64,000 nt of DNA from an uncultured Verrucomicrobiae bacterium. Its GTDB lineage: Bacteria > Verrucomicrobiota > Verrucomicrobiia > Chthoniobacterales > Chthoniobacteraceae. The notes beneath the pieces are model-generated. The model did no database searches. It saw nothing but the letters and a program-made list of their open reading frames with translations, and had not been told where the DNA came from. The stretch covers positions 32,001 to 96,000 of the forward strand of contig CAVYKI010000010.1 in NCBI GenBank assembly GCA_963769025.1. Reading direction: 5' to 3'. Within the stretch, counting starts at the first letter, position 1, and the number at the start of each line of letters is the position of its first letter. The position numbers were made by a program, and so were the translations under genes. Of the stretch, positions 1-11,500 are shown piece after piece.

Positions 1-88
1 CACGTATCTCGACCAGCCGTTCGAGGGGATGCTCACGAACTTCCTGCTGAAGCGAATCCGCCAGTCCAAGAAAGGCGGAAGGCGATGA
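1..88 (+). CDS. 3' end of a probable DUF58-family protein (partial, runs off window)
   Basis: Frame 2 reads TYLDQPFEGMLTNFLLKRIRQSKKGGRR*. Its TGA overlaps the next ATG (ATGA, 85-88). Position just upstream of a BatA-domain gene fits the usual MoxR-DUF58-BatA order. Confidence 0.55.
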   Translation, partial: TYLDQPFEGMLTNFLLKRIRQSKKGGRR

Positions 89-2121
89 GCTACTTGCAGC
101 CGTGGATGCTGTGGGCGCTGCCGGCGGTGCTGCTGCCGATCATCATCCACCTGCTGAACCGCCTGCGCTATCGCACGGTGCATTGGGGCGCGATGATGTT
201 CCTGCTCAAGGCGAACAAGGCGGCGACGCGGCGCGCAAAGATCCGCCAATATCTGCTGCTGCTGTTCCGCGCGCTCGTGATCCTTTTCCTCATCTGGGCA
301 ATGTCGAGGCCCATCGTCGGCGGTTGGATCGGCAGCGCGGCGGGCGGCGCGCCGGAAGTGGTGCTCGTGCTGCTCGACCGTTCGGCGAGCATGGAAGGGC
401 GCGGGCCGGACCAGCAGGAAAGCAAACGCCAGCACGCGATCGCGCTGCTCACGCAGGCGGCGAAGCAGAGCGCCGGCAGCCGCTTCGTGCTCATCGAAAA
501 CGCCCTGCGCCAGCCGCTCGAAATCGCGGACACCGCGGCGCTCGGCACGATGCAGATGGCCTCGGCGACGGACACCGCTGCGGACATTCCCGCGATGCTG
601 CGCACGGCGCTGGATTATCTCTCGAAAAACAAGCCCGGCAGCGCCGAAGTATGGCTCGCGAGCGACATGCAGGAGAGCAATTGGCGCGCGGACAGCGCGG
701 AGTGGCAGGACATCGCGGCGCGCTTCGCCGGCCTGCCGCAGGAGACGAACGTGCGTGTGCTCGACCTTTCCTCGACCGGCGGGACGAATGTGAGCATCGG
801 TTTGAAGAGCGCCGATTTTCGCGTGCGCGATCCGAAGACCGGCAAGGGGCAGCTCGCTCTCGGATTTGAAATCAAGACGAACGGGAAGACGGGGACGTTC
901 CCGCTGCTCGTGACGCGCGACGGCGCGAAGAGCGAGATGGACGTGACGATCACCGCGCCGGTGCAGCGGCAGACGATGAAATTTGAAGTGCCAAAACTCG
1001 ACGCGGCCGGCGCGTGGGGAAAGCTGGAGTTGCCGGCGGACGACAACACCGCGGACAACACCGCGTATTTCGTCCACCGCCCGCCGACTCCGCTCCACGC
1101 CACGGTGATCGGTGAGGCGACGGCCACGGCGAAGATCGTCCGCTTTGCGGCCGCTCCCGACCCGACGCGCACAGATCGCACGGCAGAGGCGCTCACGCCG
1201 GCACGCGCGTCCGGGGCGCGCTGGAAGGATTCCGCGCTGGTCGTGTGGCAGGGCGCTGCGCCCGGCGAGGCGGAGGCGAAGGCGCTGAAACAGTTCGTCA
1301 ATGACGGCGGCGTGCTGCTTGCCTTCCCGCCCGGCGGCAGCGCGACGGGCATTTCAGCAGGGCCGGCAGGCGTTTCGTGGGGCGAGATCGAAAAGAGCGG
1401 CAAGGATGCCTTCCGCGTCACCGCGTGGGACGATCTCGACGGCCCGCTGGCACGCACTGACGCCGGCACGCCGCTTCCACTCGCGCGACTCGCGGTGGAG
1501 CAACGGCAGACTCCGCGCTCCGACGGCGGGACGGCGCATGTCTATGGAGCGTTCGCCGATGGCCAGCCTTTCCTCACCGGGAAAGGTGTCGGCAAGGGAT
1601 ACGTCTTTGCATGCTCGACACTGCCGGAAGACGACTGGAGCACGCTCGGCGAGGGCTTCGTGCTGCTGCCGATGGTGCAGCGGCTGCTCACATTGGGTGG
1701 AGCGCATCTCGCGCCTCCCGCGCTCGCCATCGCCGGTGAATGGAACCCCGAGGACGGCGAGGGAAGCTGGGCACCCGTCGAGACCGACCGGCGGCGCGAT
1801 CCGCGATGGAATGCAGGCGTTTACCGCAACGGCGCGCAACTCATCGCGCTCAACCGTCCCGATGCGGAGGACGTGCCCGAACTCGTCGAGGCTGCGCGCC
1901 TGCCCGAGCTTCTCCGCGGCGCGAAGCTCACGGTGATGACCGGCGCGCTCGAACTGAAAGCGGACCGCCTGATGAGCGAAATCTGGCCCGCCATGATCAT
2001 CGCCACGATGCTTTTCATGTGCCTCGAAATGCTGCTCGCCACGAGCAAGGCGATGCTGCCGGTGAAGCCGAAACCGAAGGCTGCGGCGCGCGCGGAAAAG
2101 AAAGAGGAGGTGGCGGCGTGA
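85..2121 (+). CDS. BatA N-terminal double-TM domain / vWA-like membrane protein
   Basis: N-terminal LLPIIIHLLNR...W.AM.FL and LLLLFR...RP BatA signature, MIDAS-like LLDRSASM, C-terminal TM (EIWPAMIIATMLFMCLEMLL). Confidence 0.85.
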   Translation: MSYLQPWMLWALPAVLLPIIIHLLNRLRYRTVHWGAMMFLLKANKAATRRAKIRQYLLLLFRALVILFLIWAMSRPIVGGWIGSAAGGAPEVVLVLLDRSASMEGRGPDQQESKRQHAIALLTQAAKQSAGSRFVLIENALRQPLEIADTAALGTMQMASATDTAADIPAMLRTALDYLSKNKPGSAEVWLASDMQESNWRADSAEWQDIAARFAGLPQETNVRVLDLSSTGGTNVSIGLKSADFRVRDPKTGKGQLALGFEIKTNGKTGTFPLLVTRDGAKSEMDVTITAPVQRQTMKFEVPKLDAAGAWGKLELPADDNTADNTAYFVHRPPTPLHATVIGEATATAKIVRFAAAPDPTRTDRTAEALTPARASGARWKDSALVVWQGAAPGEAEAKALKQFVNDGGVLLAFPPGGSATGISAGPAGVSWGEIEKSGKDAFRVTAWDDLDGPLARTDAGTPLPLARLAVEQRQTPRSDGGTAHVYGAFADGQPFLTGKGVGKGYVFACSTLPEDDWSTLGEGFVLLPMVQRLLTLGGAHLAPPALAIAGEWNPEDGEGSWAPVETDRRRDPRWNAGVYRNGAQLIALNRPDAEDVPELVEAARLPELLRGAKLTVMTGALELKADRLMSEIWPAMIIATMLFMCLEMLLATSKAMLPVKPKPKAAARAEKKEEVAA

Positions 2122-4350
2122 TCGAAGGCTGGCAGATCAACATGGCTCCGTGGGCGCTCGGCATTGCCGGGACGTTCGTCCTCGCGTCGGTGTGGTTCTT
2201 TTTCCGCTCGCTGAAACGCGAAGGCAGCACGGGAGGAATGGTCGCGATGCACCTGCTGCGCCTCATCATCGCGGCGCTCGTTGCGCTCACATTTTTGCGG
2301 CCTGAGCGCGTCGTGGTGGCGAAGCGCAGCGAGCAGCCGCGCGTCATGGTGCTGTGGGATGGTTCGGGCAGCATGGGCACGCGCGATGTGGTCTCTGACG
2401 GAAAGACGACGACCTCGCGCGCGGAATGGGTGAAGTCGCAGGTGGATGCGAAATTTTGGGAGCCGCTGGAGAAGCGCTACCAGGTGAGCGTGGAGGCGTT
2501 CGCGCAGCCGCCCGCGGATCCGAAGGCGGACGTGGAGACGGAGATCGGCACGGATTTGAACGACCCGCTGGAGCGCGTGCGGCGCGACCATCCCGACCTT
2601 CGCGCGGTGCTGCTGCTCACGGACGGCGACTGGAATCTCGGCAAGTCGCCCATCACCGGCGCGACCGGGCTCGCGCAGCGCGACGTGCCGGTCTTTGCCA
2701 TCGGCACGGGCAGCGAGACGTATCTGCCGGATCTCGAATTGCAGAGCGTGCTCGCGCCGACTTACGGGCTGCTGAATGAGCGCATCAGCGTTTTCGTCAC
2801 GTTGCAAAACCATCTCAACCGCGAAGTGAAGACGACGGTGACGGTGAGCGGGCCGGGCGGCGCGACGGGATCAAAGGCGGTGATTATTCCGCCGATGGCG
2901 CAAATTCAGGAAATGCTGGTTTTCACTCCCCAAACCGCAGGGCGAGGGCGACTTCACGGTGAAGGTGCCCGTCGAGCGGGAGGAGATTTTCCCGGAGAAC
3001 AACGAGAAGAAATTCCACATGGCGATCCGCAAGGAGACGCTGAAGGTGCTAGTCGTGGATTCGCAGCCGCGGTGGGAGTTCCGCTTCCTGCGAAACGCGC
3101 TCATGCGCGACCCCGGCGTGCAGGTGAATACGGTGCTCTTTCATCCGCAGCTCGGCATGGGCGAAGGCGCGGGCTATCTCGGGGCGTTCCCCACGAAGCG
3201 CGAGGATTTGCAGGGCTACGACGTGGTGTTCCTCGGCGATGTCGGCGTGACGAAAGGGATGCTCTCGACGGAACAGGCGACGCTGCTGCGCGGGCTCATC
3301 GAGCAGCAGGCGAGCGGGCTCGTCTTTCTCCCCGGTGCGCTCGGCTGGCAGAAGACGCTGAAGGATTCGCCGCTCGCGGACCTCGTGCCGGTGGAGACGG
3401 ACTACGACAAAGGCGCGGGCATGGTGAATTTCACGCAAGGCAGCGGCTTCACGAGCAGCGGCGAGACGCGGCTGGAACTGACCTTCCGCGGACGCGACCA
3501 CTGGCTGACGATGCTCGCGAACGGATCCGGCCGCGAACCAGGCCGTGTGGCGCGGACTGCCCGGGATTTTATTGGTACGCGCCAGTCGTGAAGGCGAAGC
3601 CGGGCTCGGAGGTGCTCGCGGTGCATGAGTCGGCGCGCAACGCAGTCGGGCCGCATCCCGCTGCTCGTCACGCGCAGCGCGGGCAGCGGCAAGGTGCTCT
3701 ACATGGGCACCGACGCGGCGTGGCGCTGGCGCAAGGGCGTGGAGGACACGTATCACTACCGCTTCTGGAGCCAGGTCGTCCGGTGGATGTCGCATCAGCG
3801 CCACCTCGCGCAGTCGGACGGGATGCGCTTTTTCTACACGCCCGAAGCGCCGAAGCGCGGCGACAAGGTGCGGCTGAGCGCGACCGTTCTCGACAAGCTC
3901 GGCACGCCGATCACCGAGGGTAAGACGACGGTGACGCTGAAAGCGCCGGGCGGCACGAGCGAGACGATCGAACTCGCGGCGGAGAATACCGAGTGGGGCG
4001 TTTCCACCGGAGTCTTCACACCGCGCGAAGGCGGGCGCTACGAAGTCGAGATCGCAAACGAAAGCGCGGGGCGGAAGATGAAGACGCAGATCGATGTGAG
4101 CGTTCCCACTTTGGAAAAGGTGGGCCTGCCCGCGAAGCTCGACGTCCTGCGCGAAATCGCGGCGCTCACCGGCGGCAGATTCGCCGCGCCCGGCGAGCTC
4201 GCGCAGGTCATCAGCAGCCTGAGCCTGCTGCCGGAACGGAAGCCGGAGGAACTGCGGTTTCGCCTGTGGTGCGACCCGTGGTGGTGCGGCGCGCTGCTGG
4301 CGCTGTTTTCGGCGTACTGGATCGGGCGGAAGATCGGGGGACTGGTGTGA
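2118..4350 (+). CDS. vWA + glutamine-amidotransferase-like membrane protein (frameshifted, probably sequencing errors)
   Basis: GTGA overlap start. WDGSGSM and LLLTDGDWN vWA motifs, KVLVVDSQPRWEFRFLRNAL, YDVVFLGDV, GKVLYMGTDAAWRWR...YRFWSQVVRW, C-terminal TM. Pieces lie in ORFs 1740-3923, 2959-3591 and 3625-4350, with +1 indels near 2935, 3520, 3560 and 3642. Confidence 0.8.
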
Positions 4351-4431
4351 GCTTTCACCTCATAATTTCCTGACAACTCCGCGGTTTCCCTAAGCAGTTT
4401 CGCAGTTACACTCCCCAAAACCATTCCAGCC

Positions 4432-7400
4432 ATGAACTCCATCCATCTGCCGGATTCACTGGTCGCGCAGCTTCAAGCCTACGAGCGGAAATTGCGGCGC
4501 ATGGAAACCCTCGTCGCGGTGGCGGGCGGGCTCGCCGGACTCCTCATCACGTATGTGCTGCTGTTTGTGTTCGACCGGTTCGTAAACACGCCGGTGTGGG
4601 CGCGCGCGGTGCTGACCGCCACGGGCGCGGCGCTCGCGGCGTGGTTTGTGCATGGGTGGACACGGCACTGGCTGTGGAACCGCCGCGGTCCTGCGGACCT
4701 CGCGAAACTGCTCCAGAAGCATTTCCGCGTGCTCGGCGACCGACTGCAGGGCGTGATCGAGCTGACGCAGATCGAGGAACTGCCACCGAACATCTCCCCT
4801 GCCCTGCTCCGCGCAGCCATCCGCCAGGTCGCGGATGATTCGGGCCGCCATCAATTTGAGGACGCCGTGCCGAGGCGCCCTGCGCGCCGCTGGGCGCTCG
4901 CGGGAATCACCGCGACGGCGCTGACCGCCGCTCCGTTTGTCTTCGTGCCGCGCGCGGCGACGAATGCGCTGGAGCGCTGGGCGATGCCGTGGGCGGGCGT
5001 CGAGCGCTACACATTCACGACCGTCGAGACTCTGCCGGACGATCTCTACATTCCGCATGGCGAGCCGTTCGAGATGTCCGTCGGGCTCCGGCCGGACGCG
5101 GAATGGAAACCTTCGTCGGCAACGGCGCGCATCGAGCGGCAGGACAAACTCTCGGCGCAGGTGGAGGACAGCCGCGCGCTCTTCAAGTTCCCCGGCCAGA
5201 CGCGGGAGGGCAGCCTCAGCCTGCGCTTTGGCGACTACCTCAAGGACATCGCCGTGCATCCGCTTCACCGGCCGGAATTGAAAGGGCTCACGGCACTCGT
5301 GAAGCTGCCGGAATACCTCGGGCATCCGGATCAGCGCGTGCCGGTGAATGGCACCATCGCGGATTTCCTCACGGGCAGCAGCATTTCGTTTGAGGGGAAA
5401 ATCAGCCGCGGCGTCGGCAGCGGCGCGCTCACTGCGGGAACACTGAAACTCGACGCCAGCGCGAACGCCGAGACTTTCACCACTCCGCCTGCCGAGCTCG
5501 CGAAACTCGGAGCCGAGGTCTCGATGCGCTGGACGGACATCCACGGACTCACGCCGCTCCAGCCTTACACACTCAAGCTCGGCACGACGCAAGATGCTCC
5601 GCCGCGCGTGGATATCCAGAATCTCGATTCGCAGGAGATCGCGATTTTGCCGAATGAGGAGGTGCGCTTCACGCTCAGCGCGGTGGATGATTACGGGCTG
5701 AAGGAAATGTGGGTCTCCTGGACGGCTCGGAACCTCAACGACAAGCCGAAGGAACCGAAGAAGGCGGAAAAGGAAAAAGGCAAGGACTGGGTCGGGCAGC
5801 TCTGGGACGAGTGGAAGTCGCAGGCGGAAGTGAAGCCGGAGCCCGCCAAGCCTGCACCGGAATTGCCGCGCATCGGCGGCGGACAGACGGTGCGCGAGCT
5901 GACGCGCCCGCTCACATGGTCACCCGCGGCGCTCGGCGTGCCGCCGGATTCCGTGGTGGAGCTGACCGGCTACGCGCTGGACTTCCTGCCGAAGCGCGAG
6001 CCGACCACTTCCTGGAAGCTCACCATTTTCGTCCTGAGCCCGGAGAAGCATGCGGAACGCGTGCGCGAGCGGATGGACCAGGTGCTCAAGCAGCTCGACG
6101 AACGAATCCGCGACGAGGAGCGGGCCATCGAGGAAAACAAGGGCATCGCCGAGAACAAGGAGGACCTGAAGACGGACAAGGCGGCGGAGGAAATCAAGCG
6201 CGTCGAGGCCGGCGAGAAGGCAAACAAGGACGCGCTCGACAAGCTTTCGGAGCAGATGGCCGAGGTGATGAAGGACGCGTTGCGGAACAAGGAACTGCCG
6301 ACGGATACGCTGAACGAATGGAGCAAGATCGCGGACGCGTTGGAGAAGCAGGCTTCGCCGAAAATGGAGGAGGCGGCGCAGAACATGGCGCAGGCCAGCC
6401 AGTCGCCGCAGGAACGCGCAGAGGATCTGGAGAAGGCGATGCAGAACCAGCAGGAGGCGCTCGACGCGATGCGGCAGGGGGCGCAGAAGATGAAGACGAC
6501 GAACGAGAACCTTTTTGCGCGGAACTTTTACAACCGCCTGCGGCTCGCGGCGTCGGTCGAACACCAGATTTCCGACGGCCTGAAGAAGCTCGCGCGGGCG
6601 ACGGTGGGGCTGAAGCCGGAGGAAATCGGCGCGGGCGAAAAGAAGTCCTTCGAGAGCGTGGCCGGCAAGCAGGATGGCAACGTGAAGGACGTGGATGGGA
6701 TTCAGAATGACATGACGACATTCCTCCGCCGCATGCCGAATGAAAAATACCAGACGGTCGTGAGCGAGATGGAGGAAAAGCGCGCGGTGCCGGAACTCGG
6801 CGAGCTCGCGAATTCCGTCCGCGCGAACCTCGGGCTGAAATCCGTCGGCCGCGCGAAGATGTGGGGCGACCAGCTCAATGCATGGGCCGAGTTGCTGCGG
6901 GACGAGGCGCAGGGCGGCGGCAAAGGCGGCGGCGAGATGGATCCGGACATGATGGAGCTGATGATCGCGCTGGTCCGCGTGGCTGTCGGCGAGGACGCGA
7001 TCCGGGAGCAGACGGGCGAGCTGGAAAGGGCGAAGGACAAGAATCCGCACCATGCGGACGACAGCGCCAAGCTCGCGACGACGCAAAACCAGCTCAACGG
7101 CACGGTGCAGGACATCGGCGACAATCCGAAGTTTGCGAAGTTCATGGTCGATGTCGGCCCGTTGCTCGAACAGGTGAGTTCGCTCATGCGCGAGGTGTCC
7201 GGAGAATTGAACAAGCCGAACACGGGGGCTGAGACAGAGTCCGTCGAGAGCATCATCATCGAGTTGCTCGTGCCGCCCGCGAAGAAGGGCGGGAGCGAGA
7301 GCCAGTCGCCGGGGATGGCGCAGATGCAGCAGATGATGCAGCAAATGATGCAGCAGATGACGAAGAGCCGCACGGCTGGCGGGAACAATTCCAAGGCACC

Positions 7401-7566
7401 GAGCACGCTCGAAGGGACTGCGGCACAGGGCGCGACAGCGAAGGACAAGACGAACACGCGCACGGTCGAGAAGAGCGGCGGCGCGGCGAATGCGGGCGAA
7501 TGGCCGGAGGAATTCCGGGAGGCTTTGCAGGCTTACTTCCAGGCAATCGAGGAGCGGAAGAAATGA
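4432..7566 (+). CDS. Large membrane-anchored coiled-coil protein (DUF4175-like)
   Basis: Three N-terminal TMs, Ig-like middle (DAPPRVDI...AVDDYGL), long E/K/Q/M-rich helical region, C-terminal WPEEFREALQAYFQAI motif typical of this operon member. Confidence 0.7.
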   Translation: MNSIHLPDSLVAQLQAYERKLRRMETLVAVAGGLAGLLITYVLLFVFDRFVNTPVWARAVLTATGAALAAWFVHGWTRHWLWNRRGPADLAKLLQKHFRVLGDRLQGVIELTQIEELPPNISPALLRAAIRQVADDSGRHQFEDAVPRRPARRWALAGITATALTAAPFVFVPRAATNALERWAMPWAGVERYTFTTVETLPDDLYIPHGEPFEMSVGLRPDAEWKPSSATARIERQDKLSAQVEDSRALFKFPGQTREGSLSLRFGDYLKDIAVHPLHRPELKGLTALVKLPEYLGHPDQRVPVNGTIADFLTGSSISFEGKISRGVGSGALTAGTLKLDASANAETFTTPPAELAKLGAEVSMRWTDIHGLTPLQPYTLKLGTTQDAPPRVDIQNLDSQEIAILPNEEVRFTLSAVDDYGLKEMWVSWTARNLNDKPKEPKKAEKEKGKDWVGQLWDEWKSQAEVKPEPAKPAPELPRIGGGQTVRELTRPLTWSPAALGVPPDSVVELTGYALDFLPKREPTTSWKLTIFVLSPEKHAERVRERMDQVLKQLDERIRDEERAIEENKGIAENKEDLKTDKAAEEIKRVEAGEKANKDALDKLSEQMAEVMKDALRNKELPTDTLNEWSKIADALEKQASPKMEEAAQNMAQASQSPQERAEDLEKAMQNQQEALDAMRQGAQKMKTTNENLFARNFYNRLRLAASVEHQISDGLKKLARATVGLKPEEIGAGEKKSFESVAGKQDGNVKDVDGIQNDMTTFLRRMPNEKYQTVVSEMEEKRAVPELGELANSVRANLGLKSVGRAKMWGDQLNAWAELLRDEAQGGGKGGGEMDPDMMELMIALVRVAVGEDAIREQTGELERAKDKNPHHADDSAKLATTQNQLNGTVQDIGDNPKFAKFMVDVGPLLEQVSSLMREVSGELNKPNTGAETESVESIIIELLVPPAKKGGSESQSPGMAQMQQMMQQMMQQMTKSRTAGGNNSKAPSTLEGTAAQGATAKDKTNTRTVEKSGGAANAGEWPEEFREALQAYFQAIEERKK

Positions 7567-8582
7567 GCATCGCGAGACACATCAAAATCGCGGCCTGCGC
7601 GCTGCCGTTGCTTTTCACCGCGCCGGCGATGGTGCTGGCGCAGACGATGGACTTCCAGGTTTACCGCGGGACGCAGGTGCCGCCGGAGGTCGAGCGCATC
7701 TATGAGAAGGGGCTGAAATACCTCGTCGCCGCGCAAAATGCCGAAGGATCCTTCCCCGGCCAATATGGCAATGAGCCCGGCGTGGTCGGCATGGCGCTGA
7801 TGAGCTTCCTCGCGCACGGTGATGACCCGAACCACGGGCCCTATTCCAAATCGATCAAGCGGTGCATCGAATACATCCTCAAGCAGCGCAGCGAAGAAAA
7901 CGGCTACATCGGCAGCTCGATGTACAACCATGGCTTTGCGACGCTCGCGCTCGCGGAATCCTACGGAGCGGTGGCGGATGATCGCATCGCGCCGGCGCTG
8001 AAGAAGGCCGTGGAACTGATCCTGACTTCGCAGGACAAGAACAAGTTCAAGGCGTGGCGCTATTCGCCGGATGCGCAGGATGCGGACTCCACGGTGAGCG
8101 GCGCGTGCTTTGTCGCGCTCATCGCGGCGCGGAATGCGGGGATCAAGGTGCCGGACAAGAACATCGAGGACGCGCTGAAATTTTACACCGACTGCCAGAA
8201 CCCCGGCGACGGCGGGATCGGCTACATGCCCAGGAGCGGTTCGCACGGCGGCTCGACGACGGCGATCGGCGTGGCGGCCTACGCCTATGCGCGGAAAAAG
8301 GACATGCCGACTTTCATCAAGGCGCTCAAGGCGATGAAGGGCAGTGACGACGGGAACGGCGGCGGATATCCGTTTTACTACGACTACTACGCGGCGCAGG
8401 GGTTTTTCCAGGGCGACTTCAAGGCTTGGCAGGGCTGGAATGACAGGCAGGTGAAGCGGCTCACCGAGATGCAGAATGACGACGGGAGTTGGGACGCGGG
8501 GCTCGGACCGGGCACTTGCACGGCGCTCGCGCTGCTGTCCATCGCACTGAACTACCGCTACCTGCCGATCTACGAACGCTGA
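7563..8582 (+). CDS. Secreted prenyltransferase/squalene-oxidase-repeat (alpha/alpha toroid) protein
   Basis: ATGA-coupled start, signal peptide, QW-type repeats (KGLKYLVAAQNAEGSF, QNPGDGGIGY, QNDDGSW), MYNHGFATLALAE, YRYLPIYER C-terminus. Confidence 0.85.
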   Translation: MSIARHIKIAACALPLLFTAPAMVLAQTMDFQVYRGTQVPPEVERIYEKGLKYLVAAQNAEGSFPGQYGNEPGVVGMALMSFLAHGDDPNHGPYSKSIKRCIEYILKQRSEENGYIGSSMYNHGFATLALAESYGAVADDRIAPALKKAVELILTSQDKNKFKAWRYSPDAQDADSTVSGACFVALIAARNAGIKVPDKNIEDALKFYTDCQNPGDGGIGYMPRSGSHGGSTTAIGVAAYAYARKKDMPTFIKALKAMKGSDDGNGGGYPFYYDYYAAQGFFQGDFKAWQGWNDRQVKRLTEMQNDDGSWDAGLGPGTCTALALLSIALNYRYLPIYER

Positions 8583-11500
8583 TGAAAATCCGGGCCATCC
8601 TCGTCGCCACGCTGGTTTTGCTCGGAACCTTCACGTCGGCGGTCTGCCAGGTGCAGGCCATCGAAATCGACGGCTTCGACATTTTCGACAACGGCGCCGC
8701 CGGCGAGGCGGAGGGCGTGCAGATCGTGAACGGCAGGGTCGTGCTCACCGGCACCACCGCAAAAAAAACCGACAAGCCTGCGCAGCCTGATCCAGCGGGC
8801 GAACAAGTGTTGGAACTCACCGACGGTTCGCAGCTCCATGGCAGGCTGACCACCTTGGGAAAGAGTGAGCTCATCTGGCAGCGCGGCGATACGACCGAGC
8901 CGCTTACGTTTTCGCCGCAGGACGTGCGGCGCATCGTCTTTGCCGGCCAGCCTGACGCGCAGGCTGCGAAGGCCAATGCGACCATCAAGCTGAACGGGAG
9001 CGACTGGCTCACCGGCGATCTGGTCGGCATGCAGGGCGGAAAGTTCCGGCTCGCGATCCCCGGCGCAGGCGACATCGAGATCGAGCGTGGAAAAATCGAG
9101 TGGCTCTATCTTTCCAAAACGACGCCGCCCGACGCCTACGAAGGGCCGACAGGCCCGATGGGACTGGCGGGTTGGGACACCGGCGGCTCGGGCGGTTCCG
9201 GCGCTTGGGACTACGCTGACGGCGCACTCGCCGCGAGGGCCGCGATGCCGCTCACGCGGCGCTTCGAGGCGCTCAGCGACCGGATGGACATCGAGTTTTC
9301 AGCGAGCGACGGAGGCAATGCGATTCGCGGGCTCACACTCTGGCTGCAACCCGGGCTCACGTCGCGCGGCTACTCGAAGGGCTCCGTCTATCTGCGCTTC
9401 CAGGCGAACAACATCACCGCGAATTCCTACGATGGGAGCAACATGAAGAACTTCAGCGCGGTCGTCCCGGAGGACAAAAATCCGCCGAAGGAAACGCGCT
9501 ACCGCATCCTGCAGGACCGGCGCAGCGGGAAGCTCGTCATTTTCGTGAATGGCAAAAAGGTCGCCGACTGGGACACGCAGGGGCAGAAGGAATCCGCGCA
9601 AGGCGGCTCGCTGAGCTGGCAGCCGACGTATTGGAGCTCCAACATGGCGTGGACGCTCTCGAAGGTGCGCGTGCGGCCGTGGGACGGGAACATCGAGCCT
9701 GATCCGAAGGGCGACGATGCCACGAAGGATGCCGTCTCCGCGGGCGCGGGCCGGCAGGCGGGAAGCCTCGAAGCGATCGGCACGGACTCGGTGAGATTTT
9801 CCGGGAAGGAAATGCCGCGCAGTGAGCCTCTCTTCATCCGTCTCAATCCCGCCGCCGCAGGCGATCCGCCGGCTGGCGCGGTGGCGCGCGTCTGGCTCGC
9901 GCAGCGCGGTGAGTTTGATGTGACTGCCCTCGGTTTTCGCGACGGCCAGCTCCGCATGCGCACGTCCTTCGGCGGCGAACTCGCACTGCCAGTCACGGCC
10001 CTGCGCTCCATCGAGTTCCCGCACCGGATCGCGGCCGGGGACAAGGCGATTGCCGACGGCGGCGACTCGCTGATTTTCCGCAACGGTGACGAGCTGCGCG
10101 GCACGCTCGTCAGCGCGACCCACGACAAGTCCGTGAAGTGGAAGCCCGTGAAGGCCGAGCGGCCCGTGGAGTTCGCCGTCAGCCGCCTCGCCGGAGTCCT
10201 CCTCGCGAGCAAGGCCAAGCCGGCAAGCGGCACAGCTACTGCCGCGGTGCGCTTCCGCAACGGCGACTGGCTGCCGGGCGAATTGAAGCTGCTCGACAAG
10301 GCGCACCTCCTCCTCAAGTCACCGATCGCCGAAGATCTCCGGCTCGACCGCAGCGGCATCCGCGCCATCTACTTTGGGCGGAACAGCGAAGTCCCGGTGT
10401 GGGATGGCGCGAGCGACCGGCAGTCGTGGATGAAAGCCACGAACAGCGACGGCCCATTCTCCTCGTCCAGCCGCCAGCGCAAGGACGACACGGTGAAGCG
10501 CAACCCATGGCGCTACCTCGACGGAGCATTCACCCTTCCGCAAAGCAGCAATCGCAACGGCTACGGAAATGGCCCGAATATCGGCAGGGCGCTCGACAAC
10601 CTTCCGGACAAGGTGGAAGTCAGCTTCGATCTTTCCACGCCAAAGGGCCCGGCGGGCTACTCCATCCAGCTCTTCAACGAGGAGAACCGTCCCGGGCTCA
10701 TGATTCAGGGCGGCTGGGACAGCGCCTACATCTACGACATGTCTCCGCGCAAGCAGGGCGGCGCCTTTTTCAACCAGCCGCAGCAGATCGAGTTCGGCGA
10801 AGCCATCGGCTCCGAGGGAAACCGGCGCCAGTTCCGCATCCTCGCCGACCGGCGGAGCGGACGGCTGGTCATGCTCGTGAACGGAATCCCCGTCGGCCAG
10901 TTCGGCCAGAAACCCGGCAAGGAATCCGCAAAGCCGGGCAAGGGCATCTCCATCGTTCCGCAGCCGATGAATTCCAGCGTCACCGTCTCCAACCTCTGGA
11001 TCGGACCGTGGAGCGGCGACGCGCCGGACACACCGAAGCGCGGCGCGACTCCGAACCGCCGCGGCGCGAACAAGGGCGCCGCCGCAGCGCTCGCGGAGAA
11101 ACCCATGTCGGACACGAAGGACGAAACCAAATCGAAGCCTGTCGCGCCCGCACCGCCTGCGGCCGACTTGCTCGCGCTCGTGAACGGCGACGAAACCTCC
11201 GGCACCATCGAAAGCGCCACTGCCACCGACCTCCGCCTCCAGTGTGATGTGGGCAAACTCGACATCCCGATGAACCGCGCCCTCATGGCGGAATTCGCCG
11301 GCCCGGTGCAGCCGCCCGCCACGGGCGTGCGCCTTCACCTTGCGGGAAAGGGAACCATCACCGTGGATTCCCTCACTGTCGCCGATGGCAAGGTCACCTG
11401 CCACAGCGCTGCGGCGGGCGACCTGAGCTTTGGCGCCGGCACTCTCTCGGAAATCGTCTTCCAACCCCGCACCCTCGCGCCGCCGGAAAATGCCGCCGAC

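Noticed and set aside
2118..4350. Programmed frameshifting or true pseudogenes in the split genes
   Set aside because: No consistent slippery heptamer or stimulatory structure, no nonsense codons, and the same indel type recurs in unrelated genes.
7315..7360. CAGATG/CAGCAG tandem repeat as a contingency locus
   Set aside because: It simply encodes a Q/M-rich helix (MAQMQQMMQQMMQQM), in frame and imperfect.
7563..8582. Squalene-hopene cyclase
   Set aside because: Half the expected length, has a signal peptide and lacks the DxDD motif.
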